Assembly: GCA_001643675.2 (NCBI GenBank)
Contig: LSRY02000010.1
Coordinates: 1,116,001 to 1,180,000, forward strand
Direction of reading: 5' to 3'
Length of the DNA: 64,000 nucleotides
DNA from: Monocercomonoides exilis PA203
Taxonomy: Eukaryota > Protista > Preaxostyla
Shown here one piece after another: positions 62,227-64,000 of this stretch; positions within the stretch are counted from its first letter, which is position 1, and each line of letters starts with the position of its first letter. The translations under genes were made by a program, and so were the position numbers. A model generated the notes under the pieces. That model was given only the letters and a program-made list of their open reading frames with translations. It did no database searches and was not told the origin of the DNA.

Positions 62227-62293
62227 AAACAAAACAAAACAAAACAAAACAAAACAAAACAAAACAAAATAAAATAAAAATAAAAATAAAAAT
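62227..62293 (+). repeat. (CAAAA)n microsatellite grading into TAAAA(A) repeats
   Basis: Read directly. Confidence 0.8.
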
Positions 62294-62551
62294 GGGTGAC
62301 TTTTTTTTGCAATCATATTTTTTCACACAAAAATTTCGGTGCAAAATATCTCTTGAATATCAATAATAAGAATTCTAAAAGTGAAAACACTTTTTGAGTA
62401 CATTTTTATCTTTGATTCGGAAATGCCATTTGTTCTAAAAAAACAATTATCATGCTTTTTCTCTTTAGAATTTAATTTTTTTTTCAAAAAAAGAACAATT
62501 TTTGAAAAATCAACACCCCGAAAATTTTTATGATTTCAAAAATAATCACCC
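62294..62551. mobile_element. 258-bp MITE homologous to 17177-17431
   Basis: Colinear with the left part of the 17177 element. Imperfect TIRs of about 23 bp (GGGTGAC...ATCATA / TATGATTTCAAAAATAATCACCC), with AAAT on both flanks. Confidence 0.75.
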
Positions 62552-62816
62552 AAATAAAATAAATATTAAAATAAAAATTAAATCAAAAATAAAATCAAAA
62601 ATAAAATCAAAAATCAAAAATCAAAACAAAGAGCCAAACACAAAAGGGCATATGCTCATTTTCCCTTACAAGCCAAAAATAATTCAAACGTCTTTGTTTT
62701 TATTTATTAATTGCAGTAATGCATAAATAACATGTTAATAATAGCAGGTTTTAGTTATTTCAATTTTAAAAGTGAATGAAAAAATAAAAAATTATTGTTT
62801 AAAATGGTCATAAATG

Positions 62817-63857
62817 TTAAGATTCAGAATATTCACTAGCATCTGCTCTATCTCCTGGGTTATCGTATTCTTTTTCATGAATTTCAACTGCTTCCTGCTC
62901 AATTTGGGGAACATCTGCTTCATCGTCTCCTTCTCCATCATCATAGTCATGGGGAAATGCAGCTTCAGTAGGTTTGTAATTTGTAACATTCCTCACAAAT
63001 CTTGGGAATATCATTTCTTTTTGTCGTTGAAGCAAAAATGAAGCAAAAAAATCATCAATGAACTTTTCTTTGATTCCACATGGAGGCAATGATCTTCTGA
63101 AATGAGACCAACAACCTTCTATTAAATTTGTACATACTCCTGTTTCTGTATTTTTGAATTCGTATTTGTGGCAAACTATCTGATGTTTGTAACTTAAGTA
63201 ATTCAAGCACTTATATGCACACCACTCATCACTGAAAATAGATGTTCATTTCTGAATGATGGCTTCAATGATGGGAATCAGAGTCTCCTTTTTTCTGTTT
63301 GGAACTCTGATAATTAAACATTTTCCAATTTCATCATTTTCTTTTCTTTCCACTGCACCAAAAAGCCATATTTGTTTCTTCTTTTTCCCTTTGTGGAACT
63401 TTCTTTTTCTTTGTGTTGCCTCATCTATTTCCACAATGTATCCTTCTCCTCCAAGAACAAACCTCACACTCGACATTCGAATTCCAATTGATTCTCGAGC
63501 AACAGAATACCAATAACCGACTGTATTTCAACCAACTCCAGTCAAATATGAGCACTGATCAATTCGAAAATTTTGCTCGAAATGCAAAAGAATAAGAAAA
63601 ATTGAGTTGATTTTGATATGACTTCGATAAAAAGATGTCTCCTTCAAATATGAATTGAATTTGTTGCATGCTGAACATCTCCATGATCGATTTGTTTCAT
63701 CAACTGTTGTTAGTTTCATATATCTTCTACAAGATGGGCATTTTTTCGTTTCATCAAAGTTGATTATATGAATGAACCACTCCCAACTCTTTTCTAAATC
63801 TTGAAATAGCTTGTTATAATCAGTAACATCTGATTTTTTATCAGGAACAAGAGACAT
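62817..63857 (-). pseudogene. Merlin / IS1595(IS1016)-family DDE transposase with two in-frame TGA stops
   Basis: Zn ribbon CPSC...WRCSAC, LGGEGYIVEIDE, WLFGAVER, VPNRKKETLIPII, IFSDEWCAY, HQIVCH and TGVCTNLIEGCWS. The three track ORFs share one frame. Confidence 0.92.
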
Positions 63858-64000
63858 GTGTGTAAAAATAATTAATAAACATTTGATTATTTTTGTTATA
63901 AATACTCATATTAACAAATTTTCCATATTTTGTGCACAAACAAAAAATATCAATTATGGGATTTTTGATCTTTTCAAAAAATTTTTCATTTTTGATGAAC

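Noticed and set aside
1-64000. Genome-wide TAA/TAG=Gln or TGA=Trp code
   Set aside because: Well-supported genes end at TAA, TAG and TGA followed by AT-rich non-coding DNA, and multi-kb exons lack internal stops.

Overview
AT-rich eukaryotic DNA with short GT-AG introns and the standard genetic code. The gene families (a decayed member of the expanded 'ELEDxDEDxQKQKI...KMEEEGYED' ARM-like family and a beta-helix receptor pseudokinase) look like an oxymonad, most likely Monocercomonoides; this is recognition from memory, not a database result. Recognisable genes are a two-FtsX-domain ABC permease, a divergent importin-alpha-like protein, an RRM protein, an MGxxC coiled-coil protein and a divergent NAD kinase. 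Interleaved among them are four highly diverged paralogs of an unrecognised protein family sharing a Trp-rich domain (WxP...WxxxD...basic-QxxE...GxWxxKxW...W...TLEEM). Mobile DNA is abundant: a pogo/Fot1-like DD35D element inserted in one paralog, a Merlin (IS1595-like) transposase, and four non-coding foldback/MITE elements with GGGT[G/C]A termini. Several long reading frames are broken only by clean in-frame stops. All exon boundaries and alignments were read by eye. No rRNA, tRNA or CRISPR was seen.
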